Part shown: positions 36,988-46,330 of the stretch, one piece after another
Numbering within the stretch: the first letter of the stretch is position 1
How the letters are laid out: every line of letters begins with the position of its first letter
Assembly (NCBI GenBank): GCA_964635275.1
Contig: CAZWPN010000003.1
Coordinates: 800-64,799 of the forward strand
DNA length: 64,000 bases
Reading direction: 5' to 3'
Origin: an uncultured Victivallales bacterium
Lineage (GTDB): Bacteria > Verrucomicrobiota > Kiritimatiellia > UBA8416 > CAZWPN01
Notes under the pieces: model-generated
The model's input: the letters and a program-made list of their open reading frames with translations, nothing else
What the model was told of the DNA's origin: nothing
Databases searched by the model: none
Program-made: the position numbers and the translations under genes

Positions 36988-38880
36988 ATGAAGAAGACAC
37001 ACCCCATTCTTTCGATGATGGCGTTCCTGCTGCGAACGCTTGGGCTTGCCGTTATTATTGCCCTCCTGTTTGTTCTGTGGGTTGTCTTAGTTGGCTTTCC
37101 AGACCGCCTTGTACATGCGATGTTAGGCAGGTTGGATGCGGGGTCCTATGCCATCGAGACCGACAGCGTGCGTCTCAACGGGTGGGATCAGCTCGTCTGC
37201 AGGCGCGTTCGCATCTATCGCAAGCGTGTGGTCGGCCCTCCAGCTGTCGAGGCGCAAGAGGTCAGGCTGCAAATTGACCTTGAGGCTCTGCTGCACAAGC
37301 AGTTTTGTGTGCAACGCGTCGAGGTGTTTGGGGGGGTGGTCCTTCCGGAGCAGGCGTTTTCCGTTGGTTCGGGGCGTGGAGTGGTGTCGGGCGGGGACGG
37401 CGGAAACGGGGAGTTTCGTCTTGATCTCTCGGGTTGCGAGGTCTACGGGATAAGAATCGAGTCCATGTCGTGTCACGTCATGGCAACGCGTGGCAAGATC
37501 CGGTTGGACGGGATTGACGCGGGGCTGGCGCAGGGCGACTGGCGTGGACCGGCCAAAGGCTGGTTCGTCTACGACCTTCACACGGGCGATTGGAAGTCGC
37601 GGGTCGAGACGGCATTCAATCCCCTGTTGATGAGCCCGTTTTATAAACACATGGGCTTGGAGGAACTCTCGCCGATTCTGCAGCGTTTCGAATATGCCGG
37701 TGCGCCGCCGCGTGTGGAGTTGGACTTGGGGTGTCCTCGCGGGAAGGGGTTTGCACTGAACATGGATGGCCGCGTTTCGATACAGGACGGAACGTATCGC
37801 GGGGTTCCGTTCATGCGCGCAGACGCCGGTCTGCGTGTCATGTACTCCGAGACCAACCGGCTCGTAGAAGTGGCGCCGCTCAGGGTCTTCCGCCAGGACG
37901 GCGTGGTGGAAGGCAGCCTGTCCCTTGATTTGTCGGCAGGTTTGATCGGTTTTGGCGGAACATCAACGATTCACCCGCGAGCTGCGTTGCGGATGCTTCA
38001 CATTCTCACCAACGAGTTTTTCCGGACCCTTGTCTTTGATGGGCCGGTACGCGTAACAGGGACGGGTGTGGTGGACTATGTGGAGCGGGGGCGAACCGAC
38101 TGCCGGTTGAATGTGGACGCGCGCGGGGTCGCGTGGAGGAACTTTGCCGTTGAGGATTGCGCCTTCAACCTGTGGGTGCAGGACCGGACCAACACGGCGT
38201 CCGACATTCGCGGGAAAGTTGTCGGGGGCGAGTTCGAAGGGTCGGCGAAGATCGTCTTATCGCCGAAGCCGGATGGCGATCCGTCGTATCATGTGCGCGG
38301 CACCGTCTCCAATGTGGATTTTGAAAAGCTGGTAGCGCGACTGAGTCCCTCTTCCCGATTGGAGTCCCGTGGAAGGGTTTCCGCGGAGGTTGATTTGCAG
38401 GGGGATGTCGGTGTGGGTAAGGGGCAGACGGCAAAAGGCAGGGGCACTGTTCGCATTCGTGACGGACGCATATTCTCTCTGCCGGTGTTCGGTGGGCTGT
38501 CGGCCATGATGGCGCGCATCATTCCCGGTCTTGATTTTGTGCTGCGCCAGAATAATGCGCGCCTGGCATTCGTTGTTCGCGATGGGCAGATCCGGTCTGA
38601 CCAGATTGAGGTTGAAGGTGATGTGCTCAGCCTGAGGGGGAATGGACAAATAGCGCTCGACGGGAATCTGGACTTCAACGTGCAGTTGACGCTGATGAAG
38701 GAGAACGACTGGGTCTCGCGGATCCTGCGAACCCTTACCTACCCCATCAGCAAGCTCTTCGAGTTCAAGTTGAAGGGTTCTGTAGATGAACCGCAATGGT
38801 ACCCAATCAACTTCTCGTCAGATCTGCTGGAGCGCATCGGCGTCTTGGGCCGGAAGTCAAGAAACGGCGGCGAGCCATAG
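36988..38880 (+). CDS. AsmA-like family protein (N-terminal TM, C-terminal AsmA-like region)
   Basis: Single N-terminal TM, long beta-rich body, C-terminal G.G.VRIRDGRIFSLPVFGGL...IEVEGDVLSLRGNGQI.LDGNLDF. Confidence 0.72.
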   Translation: MKKTHPILSMMAFLLRTLGLAVIIALLFVLWVVLVGFPDRLVHAMLGRLDAGSYAIETDSVRLNGWDQLVCRRVRIYRKRVVGPPAVEAQEVRLQIDLEALLHKQFCVQRVEVFGGVVLPEQAFSVGSGRGVVSGGDGGNGEFRLDLSGCEVYGIRIESMSCHVMATRGKIRLDGIDAGLAQGDWRGPAKGWFVYDLHTGDWKSRVETAFNPLLMSPFYKHMGLEELSPILQRFEYAGAPPRVELDLGCPRGKGFALNMDGRVSIQDGTYRGVPFMRADAGLRVMYSETNRLVEVAPLRVFRQDGVVEGSLSLDLSAGLIGFGGTSTIHPRAALRMLHILTNEFFRTLVFDGPVRVTGTGVVDYVERGRTDCRLNVDARGVAWRNFAVEDCAFNLWVQDRTNTASDIRGKVVGGEFEGSAKIVLSPKPDGDPSYHVRGTVSNVDFEKLVARLSPSSRLESRGRVSAEVDLQGDVGVGKGQTAKGRGTVRIRDGRIFSLPVFGGLSAMMARIIPGLDFVLRQNNARLAFVVRDGQIRSDQIEVEGDVLSLRGNGQIALDGNLDFNVQLTLMKENDWVSRILRTLTYPISKLFEFKLKGSVDEPQWYPINFSSDLLERIGVLGRKSRNGGEP

Positions 38881-40259
38881 TGCGATTTCACATCCATACC
38901 TACGGCTGCCAGATGAATGAACGCGACAGCGATGCCATCGCAGCGCTTCTGGTACGGCATGGCTATGTCCGTGTAAACGGGGAATCCGAGGCGGATGTGG
39001 TGCTCGTCAACACCTGCAGCGTAAGGGGCAAGGCGGAGGATAAGGCGCTGGGTAAGTTGCGATTGATGGTTGCCGCACGGCGTTCCGAATCGGGGCCACT
39101 GCAATTGGTCGGCGCTGTCGGGTGCATGGTGCAGCGCCTTCAGAATGAACTTCTGACCCGCGTGCCCGGCCTTGACTTCGGTGTTGGTACGCATGCGATT
39201 CACCGCCTGCCCGATGTAATCGCCCGCGTCCTCACTGGCGAAGGGCCTGTTCTGGATGCCCCAGAGGCATCCGACGACCATCCGGTCGTCGCCGACCATG
39301 CGGAGGCGGGCCTTTCGGCATTTGTCACGATTCTGCTGGGTTGTGATCGCCATTGCGCTTATTGCATTGTCCCGCGGGTCCGCGGTCCCGCCTGGAGCCG
39401 ACCGCCCAGTGACATCGTGGATGAGGTGAAGCGACTGGCTGAGGGTGGCACGCGCGAGGTAACGCTTTTGGGGCAGAGCGTCATGTCGTACGGAAGCGGG
39501 CAACAGGTGTGGGCGCCGGACTACCGCTCGTCCATGGGGTTCGTGGAACCGCTTCCGCGTCTTCTTGAGGCTGTCAGTGCAGTGCCTGGTATCCGGCGCG
39601 TGCGGTTTACGTCTGGGCATCCCAACGGCTGCACTCCCGAGCTGGCACGCGCCATGCGCGACCTTGGTCCGGTTTGCGAGCATCTGCACATGCCGCTGCA
39701 GTCGGGGTCGGACCGCATTTTGGGGCTCATGCGTCGTGGATATTCCGCTAACGAGTACCGGCGTTCGGTGGCATGCTTGCGGAAGGCGATGCCGGATGCC
39801 GGGCTCACAACGGATGTCATTGTGGGGTTTCCTACCGAAACCGCTGCCGATTTCGAGGATACGCGCCAGTTCATGGAAGAAATGGGTTTCGACAACGCAT
39901 ACATCTTTAAGTACTCTCCGCGCGAAGGCACGCCGGCGGCCGGATGGGACGACGATGTTTCCGATGAAGAGAAGGTGAGGCGGAACCAGGTGTTGCTGGC
40001 TGATCAGGATCGGCGCGGACTGGCGCGTAACACAGCTTGGATCGGGCGGGAGGTCGAAGTTCTGGTCGAGGGGGTGAGCCGGAGAAGGGCTGACCGATGG
40101 TCCGGGCGTACGCGGGACAACAAGATTGCGGTCTTTGAACCCGATCCGTCCGTGCGGGTCGGCGAGCATGTCCGGATTCTGGTTGAACGGGCTATGCCTC
40201 AAACGCTTCACGGGTGTGTGGTGTGTGGTCGAGGGGGAAATGTGGAGGGGGCGGAATGA
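38880..40259 (+). CDS. miaB: tRNA-i6A37 methylthiotransferase MiaB
   Basis: HTYGCQMNERDS, NTCSVR, radical-SAM CDRHCAYC, HMPLQSGSD, TDVIVGFPTET, TRAM domain; GTG 38880 overlaps the upstream stop. Confidence 0.93.
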   Translation: MRFHIHTYGCQMNERDSDAIAALLVRHGYVRVNGESEADVVLVNTCSVRGKAEDKALGKLRLMVAARRSESGPLQLVGAVGCMVQRLQNELLTRVPGLDFGVGTHAIHRLPDVIARVLTGEGPVLDAPEASDDHPVVADHAEAGLSAFVTILLGCDRHCAYCIVPRVRGPAWSRPPSDIVDEVKRLAEGGTREVTLLGQSVMSYGSGQQVWAPDYRSSMGFVEPLPRLLEAVSAVPGIRRVRFTSGHPNGCTPELARAMRDLGPVCEHLHMPLQSGSDRILGLMRRGYSANEYRRSVACLRKAMPDAGLTTDVIVGFPTETAADFEDTRQFMEEMGFDNAYIFKYSPREGTPAAGWDDDVSDEEKVRRNQVLLADQDRRGLARNTAWIGREVEVLVEGVSRRRADRWSGRTRDNKIAVFEPDPSVRVGEHVRILVERAMPQTLHGCVVCGRGGNVEGAE

Positions 40260-40858
40260 GTCCAATTGCTGTCGCGGCTCTGGTTCTTGGTCTGTTGTGT
40301 GGCTTCGTTCCGGCGATGCTGCTCGTGGCGCCCGCGTGGACGACGGATGGATTGCGTCGTTTTCCGAGGAACCGGCTGGCGGCGTTAGTGCTTACGGCTG
40401 TGGACCTCCTGTGGGCCGGATGGATCGTCTACCATGCGGAACTGGGGACCTACAACGAGTACAAGCCGTTCATCTTTGTGCTTGTGCCTCTGGCGTATGT
40501 ACTGGTCGTGTGGGCCATGCCGGAACTCCTGGCGGCGCGGTCGCTTGGCGGCCTGCTTCTACTTGTGCCAACTCCTATCCTAACTTCGATCCGGTGGGAG
40601 GCATCTTGGGTCAGGTTGGTTCTGGTCGTGTTCTGCTACATCATGGTTGTCAAAGGAATGATGCTGGTACTGAGCCCGTACCAGTTTCGACGTGCTGTTG
40701 AATGGATGCTGGCCAGTCGGGGCCGGACGCGAGTGGCCGCCGGTATAGGACTCGCGATAGCCGTAGTGGTTGTATGCCTGGGGCTTCTCGCCGGCACTAG
40801 CAACGTGTTGGCCAGTGAGGTTGGGGCAACTCTATCGGTAAACCCGACACGCTGCTAG
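40256..40858 (+). CDS. Hypothetical integral membrane protein
   Basis: About 6 hydrophobic helices; ATG 40256 overlaps the miaB stop (ATGA). Confidence 0.75.
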   Translation: MSPIAVAALVLGLLCGFVPAMLLVAPAWTTDGLRRFPRNRLAALVLTAVDLLWAGWIVYHAELGTYNEYKPFIFVLVPLAYVLVVWAMPELLAARSLGGLLLLVPTPILTSIRWEASWVRLVLVVFCYIMVVKGMMLVLSPYQFRRAVEWMLASRGRTRVAAGIGLAIAVVVVCLGLLAGTSNVLASEVGATLSVNPTRC

Positions 40859-41910
40859 GGCTCTGTCGAGAGTTGTTTAGCCAGTTCCCGATCGGCCGTC
40901 CCGCCATACCGCAGAGAAGTCCGATAATGTTCGCGTGCGCCGGCGATGTCTGGGGCATCCATTCGCAGCAGAATCTGGGCGAGATTGAAATGCGCCTGGT
41001 GTAGCTGGGGTTTGTTGCCAATTGCCAGTCGCAATTCGGTTGCAGCCTCGTCAAGACGGCCCAGTCCGGTCAGTGCACTGGCCAAATAGAGATGTGCATA
41101 AGCGTCGGTCGGGTCCTCCTCCAGCAGAGTGCGCAGGAGCATTGCTCCATCCTCGAAGCGGCCGGAATGGCACTGGGCCAACCCAAGAAGCAAGCGTATA
41201 GTGTGGTCATCCGGGTCCATGCGAAGACCCTCCATGAGGATTTCGCGCGCCCCAGCGGATGAACCGGCATCCAGACGCTGTCGCGCCGTAGCCTTGATCA
41301 GGGCGAGTGAGGCAACGATATCGGGATCGGTACGGATTGGTGGCTTTGCCGGGGCGGCGGTGGAATGAGCCGGTTGGCGGCTGGGCACCGCAGGAGGCCG
41401 ATTTTCCTGCCTCTGGACCATATTGACCGGCGGAGTCGCTGGAACGGAGGCAGGGTCGCCGCGGTTGGCCGCTCCGCCCAGCCCGGAATCTGCCGGTTTG
41501 CCGCCTGCGTTGGGATGTGGCGCGCCACGTTCGTCGCTGTCGAGGATGTCGCCCAATGCGTTCATCCGCTCCGTACAATGTTCGATGCGCTTACGGACAG
41601 CCTCGGGGTTCCAGCGGGGGTACTGCTCGCAGAGAATGGAATGCGCGTGATATGCCTCGCGATAAAGTTCACGGGCATCCTCGTAGTGACCCTCGCGGGT
41701 GGCTTGGTCTGCCAAGTTGACGATGCGAAGTGCGTCCTCGAACTGGACGTCGGCCGTGATTTCTTTCACCAGAGCGGGCGTGGCGCCGTGCAGGGGCGCT
41801 GCCGTCAGCAACGCCAAGACCCAGAGACCGGCCAAGCAAGCTTTCATGGCGGTATGGTTTTCCATGGGGCCGGAGTGTAGGCCCATTGCCTTCTGGTTGG
41901 CAATTCTCAT
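40855..41910 (-). CDS. Secreted tetratricopeptide-repeat protein
   Basis: Signal-like segment, N-terminal TPR-like block, Pro/Ala-rich linker, C-terminal TPRs (LRMDPDD, LEEDPTDAYAHLYLA, PQLHQAHFNLA). Start uncertain (41910, 41865 or 41847). Confidence 0.8.
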   Translation of the reverse strand: MRIANQKAMGLHSGPMENHTAMKACLAGLWVLALLTAAPLHGATPALVKEITADVQFEDALRIVNLADQATREGHYEDARELYREAYHAHSILCEQYPRWNPEAVRKRIEHCTERMNALGDILDSDERGAPHPNAGGKPADSGLGGAANRGDPASVPATPPVNMVQRQENRPPAVPSRQPAHSTAAPAKPPIRTDPDIVASLALIKATARQRLDAGSSAGAREILMEGLRMDPDDHTIRLLLGLAQCHSGRFEDGAMLLRTLLEEDPTDAYAHLYLASALTGLGRLDEAATELRLAIGNKPQLHQAHFNLAQILLRMDAPDIAGAREHYRTSLRYGGTADRELAKQLSTEP

Positions 41911-41929
41911 TATTGTGCCCTCATGTGAC

Positions 41930-43309
41930 TCAGAATCGCCAGGAAGATTGGGAAACGCCGCGACGCAGGCGTCGCAAAGACTCGGCGATGTCGAATACCA
42001 GTGAGCGTACAACAGGTGCACTCATGCAGGCTGCCACGAGCGCACCGTAACAGAGCAGGCCGATCGCAGGGGACCGTAGCTTATGCGCCGTCACGAAAGG
42101 ACGCCAGAGAACGCTGAACTCCGGGACAAACCACATGAGGTGCTCGTAGGCGTAGTTGTTCTCGTTGCAGACCTCCAGGTTATCAAGGTAGAACACCGCT
42201 CCTCCCATGCCGACCCACACGGACAGCAAAAGGCAGGCAAGGACCGCGGCGCGCTGGCTGGCGGTTTCGCAGGTGCCCAATGCTATCGCGAGCGCAAGCG
42301 ATGCAGGCACCGAGGCTATGAGCAGGAAACGCGGCCCCCAGGAAAAGCCTCCGTACCAGGCCCACCAACACCCATAGACCATGAGAAGCCCGGCAGCGTA
42401 GAACAGAGCCAGGGACATGAACTTTCGAACACAGTCAGGTACTGAACGATGGTTCCATAGGAATGGAATGAGAAGCAGGCCAGGGGCGAAAAACACCACT
42501 CCCTTGCCGAACGAGAACAGGAGTGACAATACCCCGAAAAAGAAGGGGAAACTGAAACCCTCCAGACCGGAGTAAGGCAGAAGAGTCCGGACACCGTGGT
42601 TGCCCTCGTAGTGGGTCGCTAGCGGGTGTCCGCGCCGCCACCAGTTCTCTGCTGCGACGAGCAGAACAACAGAGGCGACCACAAGAATGTGACGGAGCCG
42701 CTTGGAGTGCCATACACGGTTGGCCGCAACAACCGTGACGGCCACGAGATGTCCGGGAAGGTTGACGGCGCCTGCGCCGATTGCGATCCACCCGGCCATC
42801 CCGCCGCGAGTTGCCAGGGCCAGCAGTCCCAACGAAACCAGAACAGCGGTGAACAGGTCGGCATAGAAGTTCCGTGTCTGGGCCGGGAACATAGAGCCGG
42901 CAAGGAGCAGCAGAATGAAACGACGTATCACAGATGGATCCACTTTGCGTCGAAGGATCAACCAGAAGCCCAGGAGCCCCAACCCGAGGACGATCACGTT
43001 GAAACGCTCGCACCACCATTGGAAGCTCATGTCACCGTGCCCGATCAAGTGCAATGGCGCGGCGCACAGCGGCATGAGCAAGGAGTAGGGAGTAGTAGAG
43101 ACGCGCCCCTTCTCAATGAAATCTGCTATGGCGCGGTAGCGGTCGACGGCGTCACAGCCGCTAATTTCATGTTTCACGTTGGTAAAAAGGAGAACCAGCC
43201 CGGCGACGATCAGAACCCGTTCAAACCACGCGCATACGAGGCCGAACAGGGATGATGCTTCCGTCCGGCATTGGCTATTCGCCTGGCATGAGTCATTCTC
43301 TTCTTGCAT
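41930..43309 (-). CDS. Polytopic membrane protein, possibly a GT-C-type glycosyltransferase
   Basis: About 11 hydrophobic helices, an acidic pair in the first loop (CDAVDRY), WYGGFSWGPRFLL motif; family assignment is inference. Confidence 0.6.
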   Translation of the reverse strand: MQEENDSCQANSQCRTEASSLFGLVCAWFERVLIVAGLVLLFTNVKHEISGCDAVDRYRAIADFIEKGRVSTTPYSLLMPLCAAPLHLIGHGDMSFQWWCERFNVIVLGLGLLGFWLILRRKVDPSVIRRFILLLLAGSMFPAQTRNFYADLFTAVLVSLGLLALATRGGMAGWIAIGAGAVNLPGHLVAVTVVAANRVWHSKRLRHILVVASVVLLVAAENWWRRGHPLATHYEGNHGVRTLLPYSGLEGFSFPFFFGVLSLLFSFGKGVVFFAPGLLLIPFLWNHRSVPDCVRKFMSLALFYAAGLLMVYGCWWAWYGGFSWGPRFLLIASVPASLALAIALGTCETASQRAAVLACLLLSVWVGMGGAVFYLDNLEVCNENNYAYEHLMWFVPEFSVLWRPFVTAHKLRSPAIGLLCYGALVAACMSAPVVRSLVFDIAESLRRLRRGVSQSSWRF

Positions 43310-43357
43310 CGGACAACTCTGCTTCCGCGTCAGGATGCTATGTGTGGAACCCTCGTG

Positions 43358-45022
43358 TCATTGCCTTGAGCGAAGCATTTCGCGGGCATGGCGCAAAGTG
43401 ACGCTGGTAAGATCCTTGCCCCCGAGCATCCGCGCGATTTCTTCCACACGTTCCTCTCCTGTCAAGCGGCGCATTTCGGTGAACGTTCGTCCGCTGCGAA
43501 CGGTCTTGGATACCGCAAAATGGGTGGTGCCCTGCACCGCCACCTGCGGAAGGTGCGTTATACACAAGACCTGGCGCGACTGGGCCACTGTGGACAGCTT
43601 GGCGCCTACGGCGGTGGCCATCTCGCCGCCCACGTTGGCATCAATCTCATCGAAGACCAGCACTGGGATCCGGTCGTGCGAGGCCAGGATCGCTTTCGTG
43701 GCCAGCATGACCCGGGAAATTTCGCCGCTCGACGCGATCTGACGCAGTGGGCGCATGGGTTCGCCGGCGTTGGGAGCAAAGCCGAAGTCGATGCTGTCGG
43801 CGCCGGACGGACCAGGGGTGGTGTGGCTGATGGCCACCTGAAAAACGCCATGCGGAAATCCCAACGGCGCCAGCTCTCGCGTGATAGCCTTGCCCAGGGA
43901 CCGGGCGGCGCCTGCGCGTTTGTCGCTCAGGCGGGAAGCCACGGCGTCTACCTCGCGAGAGGCTTTTGCCATGTCCCGGTCGATGGCGGTCAAGCGCTCG
44001 GCGCGCGTTGAGAGGTCCTGAATCCGCTTGTTAGCGCGATCACGTACGGCGAGGATGTCGGCCACTGTATGGCCATACTTTCTTTTCAAACGGTGCAGCA
44101 CGGCCAGGCGATCCTCGATCCACTGCAGGCGTTCGGGATCGGCCTGGATGTGTTGGGTGCGGTCTGCAACCGCTGCCGCGAGTTCGCGAATCTGCACTAT
44201 AATGGCCGACGCCTCCTTCTTCCACGCCGCCGCATCATCCATGTACTGGACAAGGCTCTCGATCCGCTGGTTGGCAACGACCATGCTGTTGAAGGCCGCA
44301 GACTCACCTTCCATCAGCGTCTGGCTGATGGCCTCCGCGGTCTGGAGAATCTCGTGCGCGTTCGCGATCGCAGCGTGTTCCTGCATCATCGAGTCTTCGT
44401 CGACACCGTCCAGCTGTGCGTCGTCGACTTCTTTCACCTGGAAGGCCAGAAGGTCCAACTGCGCCGCGGCGTCACCTTCGGCGGCGACCAACTCCTCGCG
44501 GCGACGACGGAGATCGGTCAGTTGACCGTATATGGACTCATACTGCGATAGATCGCCTTTCAGGTGTCCGAAGGCGTCGAGGATATCGAGTTGAAAATCC
44601 TGCCTCAGGAGCGACTGATGGTCGTGGGGGCCGTGCGTATCCACCAGGAGGTCTCCGATGCGCTTCAGGGCCTGTATCGTAGCTGCGCCGTCATTGATGA
44701 AGGCCTTTCCGGACCCGGCGGCTGACCACGAGCGGCGGATGATGAGGCGTCCATCTTCACATGCCGGCAGGCCGCAGGCTTCAAGGGCCTCCATAACGAG
44801 GGCTGTGTCCTTGAGGACAAACTCGGCCTCTACCTGGCATTGATCCTCGCCGGCACGTATCATACTGCGGTCCGCGCGCTCGCCCAGCACGAGATTGAGC
44901 GCGCCAAGGATGACCGACTTGCCGGTTCCGGTCTCTCCGGTGATAACATTGAGGCCGGTGGCAAATTCGACCCGCACGTCATCCACGACGGCAAGGTTCT
45001 TCACATGCAGCGACTGCAACAT
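43358..45022 (-). CDS. recN: DNA repair protein RecN
   Basis: MLQSLHVKNLAVVD, TGETGTGKS, HGPHDHQSLL, ASSGEISRVMLA, FDEIDANVGG, CITHLPQVA; start moved to ATG 45022. Confidence 0.95.
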   Translation of the reverse strand: MLQSLHVKNLAVVDDVRVEFATGLNVITGETGTGKSVILGALNLVLGERADRSMIRAGEDQCQVEAEFVLKDTALVMEALEACGLPACEDGRLIIRRSWSAAGSGKAFINDGAATIQALKRIGDLLVDTHGPHDHQSLLRQDFQLDILDAFGHLKGDLSQYESIYGQLTDLRRRREELVAAEGDAAAQLDLLAFQVKEVDDAQLDGVDEDSMMQEHAAIANAHEILQTAEAISQTLMEGESAAFNSMVVANQRIESLVQYMDDAAAWKKEASAIIVQIRELAAAVADRTQHIQADPERLQWIEDRLAVLHRLKRKYGHTVADILAVRDRANKRIQDLSTRAERLTAIDRDMAKASREVDAVASRLSDKRAGAARSLGKAITRELAPLGFPHGVFQVAISHTTPGPSGADSIDFGFAPNAGEPMRPLRQIASSGEISRVMLATKAILASHDRIPVLVFDEIDANVGGEMATAVGAKLSTVAQSRQVLCITHLPQVAVQGTTHFAVSKTVRSGRTFTEMRRLTGEERVEEIARMLGGKDLTSVTLRHAREMLRSRQ

Positions 45023-45033
45023 CGGCAGTAGAC

Positions 45034-45912
45034 CTACTTGGAAGCTGTCGGAGCCAGCACCAGGCGAAACCCATAGTCGTTGTGCTGCTCCGATCCTACA
45101 CCGCCGAGGCGGTAGTCGCAACGTTGAGTGACGGGAGAACTGACGAACCAGGAGGCTCCGCACCACGAACCGAACGACATGCCCGTCGAATCCCCGGATA
45201 CCAGTTCCCATACGTTGCCGCCAACACCGTACAGCCCCCATGGGTTCTTCCAACTCTTTTCCACATCGCACGCCACAGCGGATCCATCTTCGAAGCCACC
45301 GTCCACGCGTGCCGAATCAAAAACCGTCTCGTCGTCATAGTTTCCGGCTTGTCCGGTGAGAGGCGGCCATTCTTCGCCCCACGGGAACGCCCTATCGTCC
45401 CCGCACTGCGCAAAAGCCTGCCACTCATCCTCGGAGGGCAACCTGTATCGGTATCCAGACGGCAGTTTGCCTGTTGTCCGGTCTTGTTGCGTCAGCCAGT
45501 CGGCGTAGGACTTGGCGTCGTCGAAGTTTACATAAACGACCGGCTGCCGGTCGGTGTTCAAACGGTGGCCTTTGTGGTCCCTGCTGTCGTGGTTTGGATC
45601 TTTCTTATGGTACTCGTCGTTGGTCACCTCATATTTGCCGACCCACATGTCCAGCATTGGCACCCACACAAATTGCATGCCAGCCGAGGGCGAGACCCAG
45701 TCAGGCTTCTCCACAAGACGGAACTTCCTCTTGGGCAACGTCGAGGGTCGCTTTCCCTCCTGAATAGCGGGTGGAGTATCTTTCGTGGATGGCTTCGTGG
45801 TCCTAAGCAGCCGCAGCGCGATGAATCCCCCGACCAGAAGGATCGCGATCACCGCAATCCAGATCTTCCATGAGGAACCCTTCTTCGTTTCCTTGTTGAC
45901 GCCTTCTTCCAT
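45034..45912 (-). CDS. Membrane-anchored FGE-sulfatase (SUMF1/EgtB/PvdO) domain protein
   Basis: TM anchor, GKYEVTN, QPVVYVNFDDA, YRLPSEDEW, NPWGLYGVGGNVWE, GFRLVL. Confidence 0.88.
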   Translation of the reverse strand: MEEGVNKETKKGSSWKIWIAVIAILLVGGFIALRLLRTTKPSTKDTPPAIQEGKRPSTLPKRKFRLVEKPDWVSPSAGMQFVWVPMLDMWVGKYEVTNDEYHKKDPNHDSRDHKGHRLNTDRQPVVYVNFDDAKSYADWLTQQDRTTGKLPSGYRYRLPSEDEWQAFAQCGDDRAFPWGEEWPPLTGQAGNYDDETVFDSARVDGGFEDGSAVACDVEKSWKNPWGLYGVGGNVWELVSGDSTGMSFGSWCGASWFVSSPVTQRCDYRLGGVGSEQHNDYGFRLVLAPTASK

Positions 45913-46110
45913 TTCGAGCCTCCCGTTGACTATAATCTTCGCAACTGCTCATGGCGTTCTGCAGAGCGGACTCTCAAATCGCAACATTCACTTGTCGCTC
46001 TCCACTCTAGCGCCTCCCATGAAGCGGCACAAGCGAGTTCTGCGCATTCGAAATCCTAACCTACGAGATGCACTCTGATCTTGGCCCCCCTTCGTGGCTC
46101 CCGATGGATG

Positions 46111-46150
46111 CGGCGTCCCGCTTCGCCAGGAGGCTACGCAGGACACGCCG
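46111..46150. repeat. Intergenic REP-like hairpin
   Basis: CGGCGT...ACGCCG arms enclosing CCCGCTTCGCCAGGAGGCTACGCAGGAC; single copy in this window. Confidence 0.5.
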
Positions 46151-46330
46151 TGTAACTCCGCCCTTTGCAAGGGGTCCTTTGTGTCCGCAAGGCGCAGGCG
46201 TAGTGGCTGATAAGGCCCAGACATTGCGGTGATCGCCATATCAGCCGATTTTTACCTTGCCCGGCGGACCGACGGGATTATGCTTTCGGGTGAATTGACG
46301 GCCGGCGTCGGCCGGACGGGGCAGGAGTTC

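Noticed and set aside
38739-40265. 508-aa minus-strand ORF
   Set aside because: Antisense shadow of miaB; no motifs. Long shadow ORFs are expected in high-GC DNA.
46180-46250. Possible tRNA or riboswitch before the GT9 gene
   Set aside because: No T-loop (GTTCRA), cloverleaf or recognisable riboswitch consensus.
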